DNA of 60,469 bases, from positions 1 to 60,469 of the forward strand of contig JAPUGI010000206.1 in the NCBI GenBank assembly GCA_027292925.1. The letters are read 5' to 3'. A model generated the notes under the pieces. The model ran no database searches. It saw nothing but the letters and a program-made list of their open reading frames with translations, and was not told where the DNA came from. The stretch comes from Gammaproteobacteria bacterium. GTDB taxonomy: Bacteria; Pseudomonadota; Gammaproteobacteria; Pseudomonadales; Azotimanducaceae. Both the position numbers and the translations under genes were made by a program. Of the stretch, positions 9,282 through 17,914 are shown piece by piece; the first letter of the stretch is position 1; every line of letters begins with the position of its first letter.

Positions 9282-10457
9282 ATGCCATCGTTGCAGGAAT
9301 TCATCAAAGATTCGATCAACAGCGCCCCGGCCGAGCCGGTGAAACTAAGTGATGCTGTTGCAATTGAGGAAGTACCTACTCCGGCATTAATCATTGATCT
9401 TGATCTATTCGAGAGGAATCTCGACAAGATGCAAACCTATTTGCGTAACAATAGTATTGATCTGCGGTGCCACACAAAAATGCACAAATGCCCGATAATC
9501 GCGCACAAACAAATTGATGCAGGGGCGATAGGAGTCTGTGCTGCAACGGTGAGTGAAGCTGAAGTAATGCAGACAAACGGAATAACCAATGTTTTGATTA
9601 CTTCACCTGTAGTGACACCAGAGAAAATTGATCGTGTAATAACACTTGGCGTTGACAACCCAGATCTGCAGATGGTGATCGATGACATCGAGATTGCAAA
9701 TCTGTTCAATAAAGCTGCGAAGCGGTCCGGCATACAATTGAGTGTGTTGATAGACCTTGATCCTGGGATGGGTAGAACAGGTATCGAAATGGGTGACCCT
9801 GCGTTGACGCTGGGTAATCACATTGTCGACAACTGCGACAGTTTGAGATTCGGTGGTTTGCAAATGTATGCAGGGCACTGCATGCACATAGAGGGTTTCG
9901 AGAATCGTCGAGGAAAATATAATCACATCATGGGGAAGGGGGCTGAAACAAAAACCCTATTTGAAGAATCCGGGATCGAGGTGCCTGTTTTCTCCGGAGG
10001 CGGCACGGGTACATTTAATATTGAGGCAGGCCTCGGTCTGATGACAGAGCTGCAGGCCGGGTCCTATATATTCATGGATATTGAATACCGGGAAATCGGC
10101 GGCGAGGGAAGCGAGCGGTTTGAGGATTTCGAGCCGTCACTGTTCGTTCTGGTCACCGCCATCAGCAAACCGCAGCAGCGACTGATTACGGTCGATGCCG
10201 GGTTCAAATCCTTTGCTTCTGACAAGATGGCACCGGAATTCAGGGATGTCGAAGGTGTCATTTTTCACTGGGGCGGCGATGAACACGGCATCATTCAACT
10301 GACAAATCCGTCCCGGGAAATCAACCTGGGTGACAAACTACCCATGTTGACACCTCACTGCGACCCCACCGTAAACCTGTATGATTACTATTATCCGGTG
10401 AGAGACGGGATGGTTGAAGAATTGTGGCCGATTACAGCCAGGGGACGTTCACAATAA
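9282..10457 (+). CDS. DSD1-family PLP enzyme (alanine-racemase-fold; D-Ser/D-Thr/3-hydroxy-D-Asp dehydratase or aldolase type)
   Basis: 391 aa. TPALIIDLDLFERNLDKM...LRCHTKMHKCPIIAHKQIDAGAIGVCAATVSEAE contains the PLP-Lys of the HTK motif. The C-terminal half (HCDPTVNLYD) looks like the D-serine-dehydratase-like beta domain. Confidence 0.72.
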   Translation: MPSLQEFIKDSINSAPAEPVKLSDAVAIEEVPTPALIIDLDLFERNLDKMQTYLRNNSIDLRCHTKMHKCPIIAHKQIDAGAIGVCAATVSEAEVMQTNGITNVLITSPVVTPEKIDRVITLGVDNPDLQMVIDDIEIANLFNKAAKRSGIQLSVLIDLDPGMGRTGIEMGDPALTLGNHIVDNCDSLRFGGLQMYAGHCMHIEGFENRRGKYNHIMGKGAETKTLFEESGIEVPVFSGGGTGTFNIEAGLGLMTELQAGSYIFMDIEYREIGGEGSERFEDFEPSLFVLVTAISKPQQRLITVDAGFKSFASDKMAPEFRDVEGVIFHWGGDEHGIIQLTNPSREINLGDKLPMLTPHCDPTVNLYDYYYPVRDGMVEELWPITARGRSQ

Positions 10458-11474
10458 ATGAAGAAGGCGCCATATTTTGAAGACTTTAGCGTTGGTGATG
10501 AGTTTAATGATGTTCCCGCGATAACCCTGACCGAGGGGCATACCGCCATCCATCAGGCATTGTTTGCTGATCGATCAAGGTTACCGTTGGATCTGGAACT
10601 GAGCGCCAGGGTTACAGGCCACGCGAAGGCGCTGGTGAATCCGTCGCTGGTCTGTAATTTAGCCATTGGCCAGAGTACGATTCCATCGCAACGAGTCATG
10701 GGTAACCTGTTTTATCGGGGATTGCATTTTCACCGACCTGTCTATGTCGGCGACACGCTGAAGACGACAACGCGGGTAGTCGCGCTGCGCCAGAACCAGA
10801 TTAAAAAAGACAGGGCGGCGTCCGGCATGGTCGCTCTGGAAATGCATGTCACCAATCAGACAGATGAAACTGTGCTACTGTTCTGGCGCTGTCCAATGAT
10901 CCCCTGCGAGGATCCAAAAGCTGATACAGGTTGTAGTGATAATTTTGAACGGATGCCGGAAGACATCAGTGATAGCAGCCTCGTCTCCTATATTCCGGAA
11001 TGGGACTATGATCATTTTCGGGATGCCCTGGCCGGTAAGCACTTCGTTGACTATCGATCTGGTGACATCTTCGAGATTGAGACCAGGGACACCGTGACAC
11101 TTGCACCGGAACTGGTTCGTATGACGTTAAATATGGCAATGACGCACACGGATGCCGACCGGTCAGTTTATGGAAAACGTCTGGTTTTTGGGGGGCACAC
11201 AATTTCGATGGCAGCCGCTCACATTAGTCATGCCTTCCCGAATATCATTACTATTCTCGCTTGGTATAAATGTGATCATGTCGCGCCTGTGTTCGAATTC
11301 GATATCCTAAATACCGTGGTGCAGGTTGAAGAAGTTCTGCCCGCCGACTCGTTTGGTCTGGCGAAAATTCACGCTGAGGTGTTTGCGACCAGGGGACCGG
11401 AAGCCCCGGAATCGTCGGGAGTTGGGGGAAATATCAAGGTACTCGATTGGAACCTGGCGGCACTGCTTGCGTAA
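10458..11474 (+). CDS. Double hot-dog MaoC-like enoyl-CoA hydratase (mesaconyl-/itaconyl-CoA hydratase-like)
   Basis: 338 aa. The N-terminus YFEDFSVGDEF...TLTEGH...ALF resembles Mch/Ich-type hydratases. Its ATG directly abuts the upstream stop (TAAATG), implying translational coupling. Confidence 0.65.
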   Translation: MKKAPYFEDFSVGDEFNDVPAITLTEGHTAIHQALFADRSRLPLDLELSARVTGHAKALVNPSLVCNLAIGQSTIPSQRVMGNLFYRGLHFHRPVYVGDTLKTTTRVVALRQNQIKKDRAASGMVALEMHVTNQTDETVLLFWRCPMIPCEDPKADTGCSDNFERMPEDISDSSLVSYIPEWDYDHFRDALAGKHFVDYRSGDIFEIETRDTVTLAPELVRMTLNMAMTHTDADRSVYGKRLVFGGHTISMAAAHISHAFPNIITILAWYKCDHVAPVFEFDILNTVVQVEEVLPADSFGLAKIHAEVFATRGPEAPESSGVGGNIKVLDWNLAALLA

Positions 11475-11509
11475 AAGTTGACGAGGGTGAGGGAAGGTGA
11501 GAAAGGCAA

Positions 11510-12718
11510 TTGGCAGGAATACTTAAAGGTCTTTGTATAGTCGAAGGCAGCGCGTTTGTTGCCGCGCCTCTCGGTGGAATGACGCTGGCGCAGCTGGGCG
11601 CGGACGTCATCAGGTTTGACCCAATTGGTGGTGGCCTGGATTACAAGCGCTGGCCAGTGACCCGTGATGGCAATAGCCTTTTCTGGGCAGGCATGAATAA
11701 GGGAAAGCGCTCTATCGCCGTGGATATGAGGAAGCCAGAAGGCAGGGAACTGTTAACCGCCCTGATCAGCCGCGACGGACCTGACAGGGGGATTTTCCTG
11801 ACTAACTTTCCCGAACGTGGCTGGCTGGCTTTCGATGAGTTACAAAGCAAACGCCAAGACCTGGTTTACATCAATATACTCGGTGATAGAAAAGGCGGTT
11901 CTGCTCTGGACTACACCGTTAACTGTGCAGTTGGTTTCGCCAATGCAAACGGTAAGCCTGACAACGATGAACCCGCTAATTACCTTCTACCAGCCTGGGA
12001 CAATATTACCGGGCAGATGGCTGCGGTCGCACTGCTGGCTGCTGAAAGGCATCGAAGGATAACAGGCGAAGGCCAGTTGGTGAAAATTGCCCTGAAAGAT
12101 GTGGCGCTGGCCATAACCGGGCATCTCGGAAATATCGGGGAGGTTGCGGTTAACCACCAGGACAGGGAAAAAGTCGGCAACTATCTATATGGCGCCTTTG
12201 GGCGTGACTTCCTGACAAAGGATAAAGAACGAGTGATGATAGTCGGGCTCACGCTAAGACAATGGCAGGCAATCCTCGCATCCATGAACCTGTCGCAGGC
12301 AATCGCTGACCTGGAAGTCCGACTGGGCGTGGATCTGGATCAGGAGGGGGAACGATTTCAAGCGAGGCAGGCAATCGCCGAATTGATAGAGCCGTGGTTT
12401 TTACAACACGACTACGCTCATGTTTCGTCTTTGTTTGACCAGCATGGTGTTTGCTACGGACCCTACAGAAGCTTTAAGCAGATGGTGGAAAACGATACTG
12501 ACTGCTCACTTGATAATCCGCTTTTTTCGATGGTCACTCAGCCTGGAATTGGAGAGTACCTGGCACCGGCTTCTCCTATCAGGTTTTCCAGTGTTGAAAA
12601 TCTTGATGCCATGGCTGCGCCGACATTAGGTGAACACACCGATGAAATTCTGGCAGAGGATCTTGGATTGACCAGCAGTGAAATTGGAGCGTTACACGAC
12701 AGCCAGATAGTTGCCTGA
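11510..12718 (+). CDS. Family III CoA-transferase, mesaconyl-CoA C1-C4 CoA transferase (Mct)-like
   Basis: 402 aa with a TTG start. Blocks VEGSAFVAAPLGGMTLAQLGADVIRFDPIGGGLDYKRWPVT, LFWAGMNKGKRSIA, ERHRRITGEGQLVKIALKDVALA and GNYLYGAFGRDF are near-identical to what I recall of Chloroflexus aurantiacus Mct. Confidence 0.7.
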   Translation: MAGILKGLCIVEGSAFVAAPLGGMTLAQLGADVIRFDPIGGGLDYKRWPVTRDGNSLFWAGMNKGKRSIAVDMRKPEGRELLTALISRDGPDRGIFLTNFPERGWLAFDELQSKRQDLVYINILGDRKGGSALDYTVNCAVGFANANGKPDNDEPANYLLPAWDNITGQMAAVALLAAERHRRITGEGQLVKIALKDVALAITGHLGNIGEVAVNHQDREKVGNYLYGAFGRDFLTKDKERVMIVGLTLRQWQAILASMNLSQAIADLEVRLGVDLDQEGERFQARQAIAELIEPWFLQHDYAHVSSLFDQHGVCYGPYRSFKQMVENDTDCSLDNPLFSMVTQPGIGEYLAPASPIRFSSVENLDAMAAPTLGEHTDEILAEDLGLTSSEIGALHDSQIVA

Positions 12719-12885
12719 TTTTAAGCAAGGTCAGTAGGGTCAGATCTTGAATTTTTTGATCTATGTGTCGATGGAATGCTTTGATTTTATTGAGTATTTC
12801 TACACGATGCGAGTTAATATTACGCTGAAAATTAGGGTATTTATGTTAGAGTATCCGGGTTCTATGCTGCAGGAGTGTAAAGCTA

Positions 12886-13545
12886 GTGTTTGAAATGGTC
12901 CAGGCTGGTGGTTGGCTGATGTTCCCGATTATTTTGTGTTCAATTATTTCAGCCGCTATTTGCATCGAACGCTTCTGGACACTCCGAACCGATCAGATTG
13001 TACCGAGAAATTTACTGGCCCAGGTGTGGAATTGGATCAAAAGCAACGAAATGGATGCCCGGCGATTGAGGGAGCTCCGGAATGGTTCTCCGCTAGGACA
13101 AATTCTCGCGGCTGGAATATACAGTCATCGTCGTGGTCGTGAGTTGATGAAGGAAAATATCGAAGAGGTTGCCGGTCACGTCGTGCACGAGCTGGAACGG
13201 TACCTGAACACGCTGGGCACGGTGGCTGCGATATCTCCTTTGTTAGGCTTACTAGGTACGGTCATCGGCATGATTAAAGTATTCAGCGCTATACGTCTGG
13301 AAGGAACTGGTAATGCGGCGATTTTGGCGGGCGGTATTTCTGAAGCACTGATTACAACCGCAGCAGGTTTAACGGTTGCTATTCCGAGCCTGTTTTTTTA
13401 CCGCTATTTCCAACGCAAGGTGGATGAGTTGGTGATCAATATGGAACGGGAAGCGCTAAAGTTGGTCGAAGTCCTGAATGGAGACAAGTTGGACAGTGGT
13501 CTTAATGCCAAAAAACCAGAGATTGTCCAGGTAGCGAGCAGGTGA
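12886..13545 (+). CDS. exbB: MotA/TolQ/ExbB-family proton channel protein
   Basis: 219 aa with three TM helices. The C-terminal signature is GLLGTVIGMIKVF...GISEALITTAAGLTVAIP. Confidence 0.8.
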   Translation: MFEMVQAGGWLMFPIILCSIISAAICIERFWTLRTDQIVPRNLLAQVWNWIKSNEMDARRLRELRNGSPLGQILAAGIYSHRRGRELMKENIEEVAGHVVHELERYLNTLGTVAAISPLLGLLGTVIGMIKVFSAIRLEGTGNAAILAGGISEALITTAAGLTVAIPSLFFYRYFQRKVDELVINMEREALKLVEVLNGDKLDSGLNAKKPEIVQVASR

Positions 13546-13970
13546 GATTTGCCCGGCGCAGAAGGGCCGAGGTAGATGTAAACCTAACGCCTCTTATTGA
13601 CGTTGTATTCCTGTTACTTATCTTTTTCATGGTCTCCACCACCTTCATAAAAGAAACCCACATGTCTATTGATCTGCCTGAGGCAAGTAGCGATTCTGCC
13701 AGGAATTCAGAAAAGCAGATTGAAATATCAATCACACGCTCTGGTGAGTTTGCCATCAATGAAGTCACGTTGAAACGACGCGACCTTGCCAGCCTGAAAT
13801 CTGCGATAGAAAAGGTCTCGGGTGGAGAAAATGCGATGCCGATGATTATCACTGCAGATGCCTCGACACCTCACCAGTCGGTGGTTAACGTAATGGACGC
13901 AGCAGGACAACTTGGTTTCGTGAAGTTGAGCATCACTACAAAGAATGTAACGGCTAAAGACGATCGGTGA
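13542..13970 (+). CDS. exbD: ExbD/TolR-family biopolymer transport protein
   Basis: 142 aa with a GTG start overlapping the exbB stop. The block INLTPLIDVVFLLLIFFMV fits the family. Confidence 0.8.
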   Translation: MRFARRRRAEVDVNLTPLIDVVFLLLIFFMVSTTFIKETHMSIDLPEASSDSARNSEKQIEISITRSGEFAINEVTLKRRDLASLKSAIEKVSGGENAMPMIITADASTPHQSVVNVMDAAGQLGFVKLSITTKNVTAKDDR

Positions 13971-13982
13971 CAAGCGAATAGC

Positions 13983-16946
13983 ATGGGTGACGATACCAAA
14001 AGAGACACCAAAAACGATAACTCTGATGTCGGCTCTGATGTAAAAACATACGGCCGCCTGCTGGCTTATGTTATTCCCTACTGGGGCGCGTTCCTTGTCA
14101 GTATCATTGGCTTTCTTATCTATTCACTATCAAATGTCAGCTTCCTGCAATTAATTAGCTACATCGTTGATTCAGTGAAAAGCCCCGACCCGCTTTTACA
14201 ATCGGAGTACAGCGCTTTTTTGCAAGACATTTTTGGACAGCGCGATTCCTTAAACCGAACCGTTATTCCAATCGCCATTGTCACCATAGTGGTATGCCGT
14301 GGTCTTGGAACGTTTATTGGAAACTACTTTATCAGCTATGTATCTACGAACCTGATACACAATCTGCGATGCGAGCTATTCGATCAACTATTAAAGTTAC
14401 CCAGCAAGTTTTACGACAAGAGTGCCATGGGTCATCTCGTGGCGAAAGTAACCTTTCATGTCACGCAGGTAAGCGGCGCTGCAACAGATGCCGTTCGAGT
14501 CATCATCAGGGAAGGTTTTACGGTTCTTGGTTATCTAGCATTCCTTCTCTACCTGAACTGGAAACTGACATTGATATTTTTTGCTGTGGCCCCCTTTATC
14601 GCGTTGCTGGTTAACTTCACTGGCAGGAGATTCCGCCGAATCAGCGAACGCATTCAGCATTCAATGGGTGACGTGACTCATGTTGCTTCTGAGGCAGTGC
14701 AAGGTTACCGGGTGGTCAGGACCTTCGGTGGAACGGAGTATGAACGTCAGCGCTTTACCAAAGTCAGCCATTACAATCGACGCCAATCAATGAAAATGGT
14801 GGTCACTTCAGCTATTTCTACGCCAGTCATTCAGTTGCTGGTGGCGACAGCGTTGGCGGGCCTGGTTTGGCTGGTATTGGACCCGATATTATTGGCGAAC
14901 ATGAGCGCAGGTAATGTAGTTGCTTTCATCACCACGGGTGGATTGTTGGCGAAACCTATTCGCCAGTTATCCGAGGTCAATGCCACGGTACAAAGAGGGC
15001 TTGCTGCGGCTGAAGATATTTTTGACTTGTTTGACCAGGAAGTTGAAGAAGACCAGGGTGAACTAGAACTTGAGACAGTCAGTGGACGAGTTGAATTTAG
15101 AAATGTTTCCTTTTCCTATGGGGAGGATCTCCCACAAGTTCTAAAGGATATCAGTTTCACTGCCAGACCTGGGGAAACCATCGCCCTGGTAGGAAGGTCA
15201 GGTAGTGGGAAAAGTACGCTGGCGAGTCTGATCCCCGCTTTTTATGCGCCTACCAGCGGTACCATCTTGCTCGATGAAAAGCCAATCGAATCATTCTCTT
15301 TAACCAATTTGCGTCAACATATCGCCCTGGTCACGCAGCAGGTAACCTTGTTCAACGATACCATCGCTAAGAACATTGCTTATGGGGAACTGGCCGATTC
15401 CAGTGAAGAGGAAATTATTGAAGCGGCCAAAAAGGCGTTTGCCTGGGAATTTATTTCTGAGTTGCACAATGGCCTGGACACTGTGATTGGAGATGACGGT
15501 GTTTTACTATCTGGAGGACAACGGCAACGTCTGGTCATTGCCAGGGCATTCCTTAAAAATGCACCAATACTGATATTAGATGAAGCAACATCTGCGCTTG
15601 ATTCGGAATCTGAGAGGTACATTCAGACTGCTCTTGAAGCTGTGGTTAAAGGCAGGACAACATTTATCATTGCACATAGATTAACAACCATTGAAAAAGC
15701 AGACCGGATACTCGTCATTGATAATGGTCGCGTCGTAGAGCAGGGCACCCACACACAATTGTTAGCAAACGAAGGTTTTTACTCAGGATTTTACAATCGA
15801 GATGGGCAGGAGAAGCCTGAAACCGAGGCATCTATTCATCGGGCAGTTGGAGATTTCCTTCCGGTTCCCCATGTGCCTGATCGGAGTCGTTGGTTTTCGG
15901 AAGATTTTAATCCATTGTCAAAGGCCTGGTACTCAGGTGCAACCTGGGTGAAGTTTCTGAGACCTCTCGGGTTTCTCTATAACCAGTTGGGGCAAATAAG
16001 ACGGCAACGTATTGAACGTGATTCAAGGTCATGGAAAGCACCTGTACCGGTGATAGTAGTGGGAAATATCAATGTCGGGGGTACAGGTAAGTCACCACTG
16101 GTTATCTGGCTGGCGGAGCAGTTTTCTGCCAGGGGAATGAATCCAGGTATCGTTTCTCGTGGCTATGGGGGGGCCAGTCGACAATATCCTTTTGTGGTTG
16201 ATGCCCAGACAGACCCGAAGGTTGCCGGTGATGAGGCAGTCATGATCGCCCGCAGGACGAATTGCACCGTTGTCGTAGATCCAGACAGGGTGTGTGCTGT
16301 AAGGCGTCTTCTCGAAGTTACCGATTGTGACCTGGTGATCAGTGACGACGGTCTGCAGCACTATTTTCTTCAACGCGATGTTGAAATTGCAGTCGTTGAC
16401 GGGGAAAAAGGGTTGGGTAACGCCTTGTGTTTACCGGCGGGTCCGCTACGAGAACCTCCGGAAAGATTGAAAGAAGTCGATTTTGTGATCGTTAACGGCA
16501 AGGAAGATGTGAAAATACCTGTGTCCTATCAGCATATGATTCTGATTCCGACCGCGATCATTAACATAGCAACGGAGGAGTCCCAGCCGCCCCATTCAGA
16601 GGGCAAACCTGGCCAGGGCGTGCATGCGGTAGCTGGTATCGGAAATCCCGACCGTTTTTTTAGAATGTTGCGTGAACTTGGCTACCAGGTCATTGAACAT
16701 CCGTTTCCGGATCATCATTTGTTTGAATTATCGGAGTTGGTTTTCGGAGATTCGTTACCCGTCATCATGACTGAGAAAGATGCGGTAAAGTGCAGATTGC
16801 TAAATCTTGATTTGGTCCATCAGGAGTTTTGGTATTTGGAAGTTGGTGCGGAATTACCTCCTGTTTTTGTTACTTCCGTTCTCAGCAAAACGGGATTGAA
16901 TGTAACTCCACTTCATGTGATACCTAACGAAACAGCTAAGGTGTAG
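13983..16946 (+). CDS. msbA-lpxK: Fusion protein: lipid A flippase MsbA (ABC TMD+NBD) plus tetraacyldisaccharide 4'-kinase LpxK
   Basis: 987 aa in one uninterrupted frame. Residues ~1-605 form an ABC exporter (Walker A GRSGSGKST, signature LSGGQRQR, Walker B ILILDEATSALD) ending ...LLANEGFYSGFY. After a ~35-aa linker comes LpxK (APVPVIVVGNINVGGTGKSPLVIWLAEQF...GIVSRGYGG...DDGLQH). Confidence 0.85.
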   Translation: MGDDTKRDTKNDNSDVGSDVKTYGRLLAYVIPYWGAFLVSIIGFLIYSLSNVSFLQLISYIVDSVKSPDPLLQSEYSAFLQDIFGQRDSLNRTVIPIAIVTIVVCRGLGTFIGNYFISYVSTNLIHNLRCELFDQLLKLPSKFYDKSAMGHLVAKVTFHVTQVSGAATDAVRVIIREGFTVLGYLAFLLYLNWKLTLIFFAVAPFIALLVNFTGRRFRRISERIQHSMGDVTHVASEAVQGYRVVRTFGGTEYERQRFTKVSHYNRRQSMKMVVTSAISTPVIQLLVATALAGLVWLVLDPILLANMSAGNVVAFITTGGLLAKPIRQLSEVNATVQRGLAAAEDIFDLFDQEVEEDQGELELETVSGRVEFRNVSFSYGEDLPQVLKDISFTARPGETIALVGRSGSGKSTLASLIPAFYAPTSGTILLDEKPIESFSLTNLRQHIALVTQQVTLFNDTIAKNIAYGELADSSEEEIIEAAKKAFAWEFISELHNGLDTVIGDDGVLLSGGQRQRLVIARAFLKNAPILILDEATSALDSESERYIQTALEAVVKGRTTFIIAHRLTTIEKADRILVIDNGRVVEQGTHTQLLANEGFYSGFYNRDGQEKPETEASIHRAVGDFLPVPHVPDRSRWFSEDFNPLSKAWYSGATWVKFLRPLGFLYNQLGQIRRQRIERDSRSWKAPVPVIVVGNINVGGTGKSPLVIWLAEQFSARGMNPGIVSRGYGGASRQYPFVVDAQTDPKVAGDEAVMIARRTNCTVVVDPDRVCAVRRLLEVTDCDLVISDDGLQHYFLQRDVEIAVVDGEKGLGNALCLPAGPLREPPERLKEVDFVIVNGKEDVKIPVSYQHMILIPTAIINIATEESQPPHSEGKPGQGVHAVAGIGNPDRFFRMLRELGYQVIEHPFPDHHLFELSELVFGDSLPVIMTEKDAVKCRLLNLDLVHQEFWYLEVGAELPPVFVTSVLSKTGLNVTPLHVIPNETAKV

Positions 16947-16949
16947 TTC

Positions 16950-17132
16950 ATGGTACTCGATAAGAAGTTGCTAAGTATTCTCGTTTGTCCTTTGTGTAAA
17001 GGGAAGCTTGATTATGACAAAGAGAAAGACGAGCTGATCTGCCGGGCAGATAACCTCGCTTATCCCATTCGAGATGATATTCCGGTCATGCTCGAGTCTG
17101 AGGCTCGATCCCTGGGTATTGACGATAGGTAA
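16950..17132 (+). CDS. ycaR: Trm112/YcaR-family small zinc-ribbon protein
   Basis: 60 aa. [47 protein letters not shown] parallels E. coli YcaR, and the gene is in the conserved position before kdsB. Confidence 0.8.
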   Translation: MVLDKKLLSILVCPLCKGKLDYDKEKDELICRADNLAYPIRDDIPVMLESEARSLGIDDR

Positions 17133-17134
17133 GA

Positions 17135-17902
17135 GTGCTGAACTTTACCGTTATTATACCGGCCCGATATCAATCGATACGGCTGCCAGGCAAACCCCTG
17201 ATCGATATCGGGGGTAAACCCATGGTGCAAAGAGTGTATGAACAGGCTGCTCGCAGTGATGCCGTTCAAGTAATAGTGGCAACTGACGATGAAAGGATTG
17301 TATCTGCGGTAAAAAGTTTTGGTGGAGAAGTTTGCCTGACCCGGGAGGATCACCCCTCTGGCACCGACCGTTTGCAGGAAGTCTGCTCAATCAGGCAGCT
17401 TAGTGACGATCATGTGGTTGTCAATGTGCAGGGGGATGAACCCCTGATACCCCCGGCAGTTATTAACCAGGTCGCCAATAATCTCGTTGACTCCGGTTCG
17501 AAGATGGCGACTTTATCTGAAGGCATTGATGATATTGCAGATCTGATGGATCCCAATATTGTCAAAGTAGTGATCAATCACAATTCCAATGCGATGTACT
17601 TCAGCAGGGCGCCTATCCCGTGGCCCAGAGATGAATTTTCTACCCTGGAAAAAAGCCTGCCTGAATTTGCTAAATGCCAGCGCCATCTGGGCATCTATGC
17701 ATACAGGGTGTCCCTGCTCAACAGATTTGTTAAGTGGGAACCGAGCATCCTGGAAAAAACAGAGAAACTGGAGCAATTACGAGCACTGTGGCACGGAATC
17801 GAGATACATGTTGAACAGGCGATTGAAAATATCCCTCCAGGTATAGATACTGAGAAGGATTTACGGCGCACAATAGCACTGATAGATGAAGAGCGTTTTT
17901 GA
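17135..17902 (+). CDS. kdsB: 3-deoxy-manno-octulosonate cytidylyltransferase (CMP-KDO synthetase)
   Basis: 255 aa with a GTG start. Motifs: IIPARYQSIRLPGKPL, GTDR, VNVQGDEPLIPP. Confidence 0.9.
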   Translation: MLNFTVIIPARYQSIRLPGKPLIDIGGKPMVQRVYEQAARSDAVQVIVATDDERIVSAVKSFGGEVCLTREDHPSGTDRLQEVCSIRQLSDDHVVVNVQGDEPLIPPAVINQVANNLVDSGSKMATLSEGIDDIADLMDPNIVKVVINHNSNAMYFSRAPIPWPRDEFSTLEKSLPEFAKCQRHLGIYAYRVSLLNRFVKWEPSILEKTEKLEQLRALWHGIEIHVEQAIENIPPGIDTEKDLRRTIALIDEERF

Positions 17903-17914
17903 AAGAAGAAGGCC

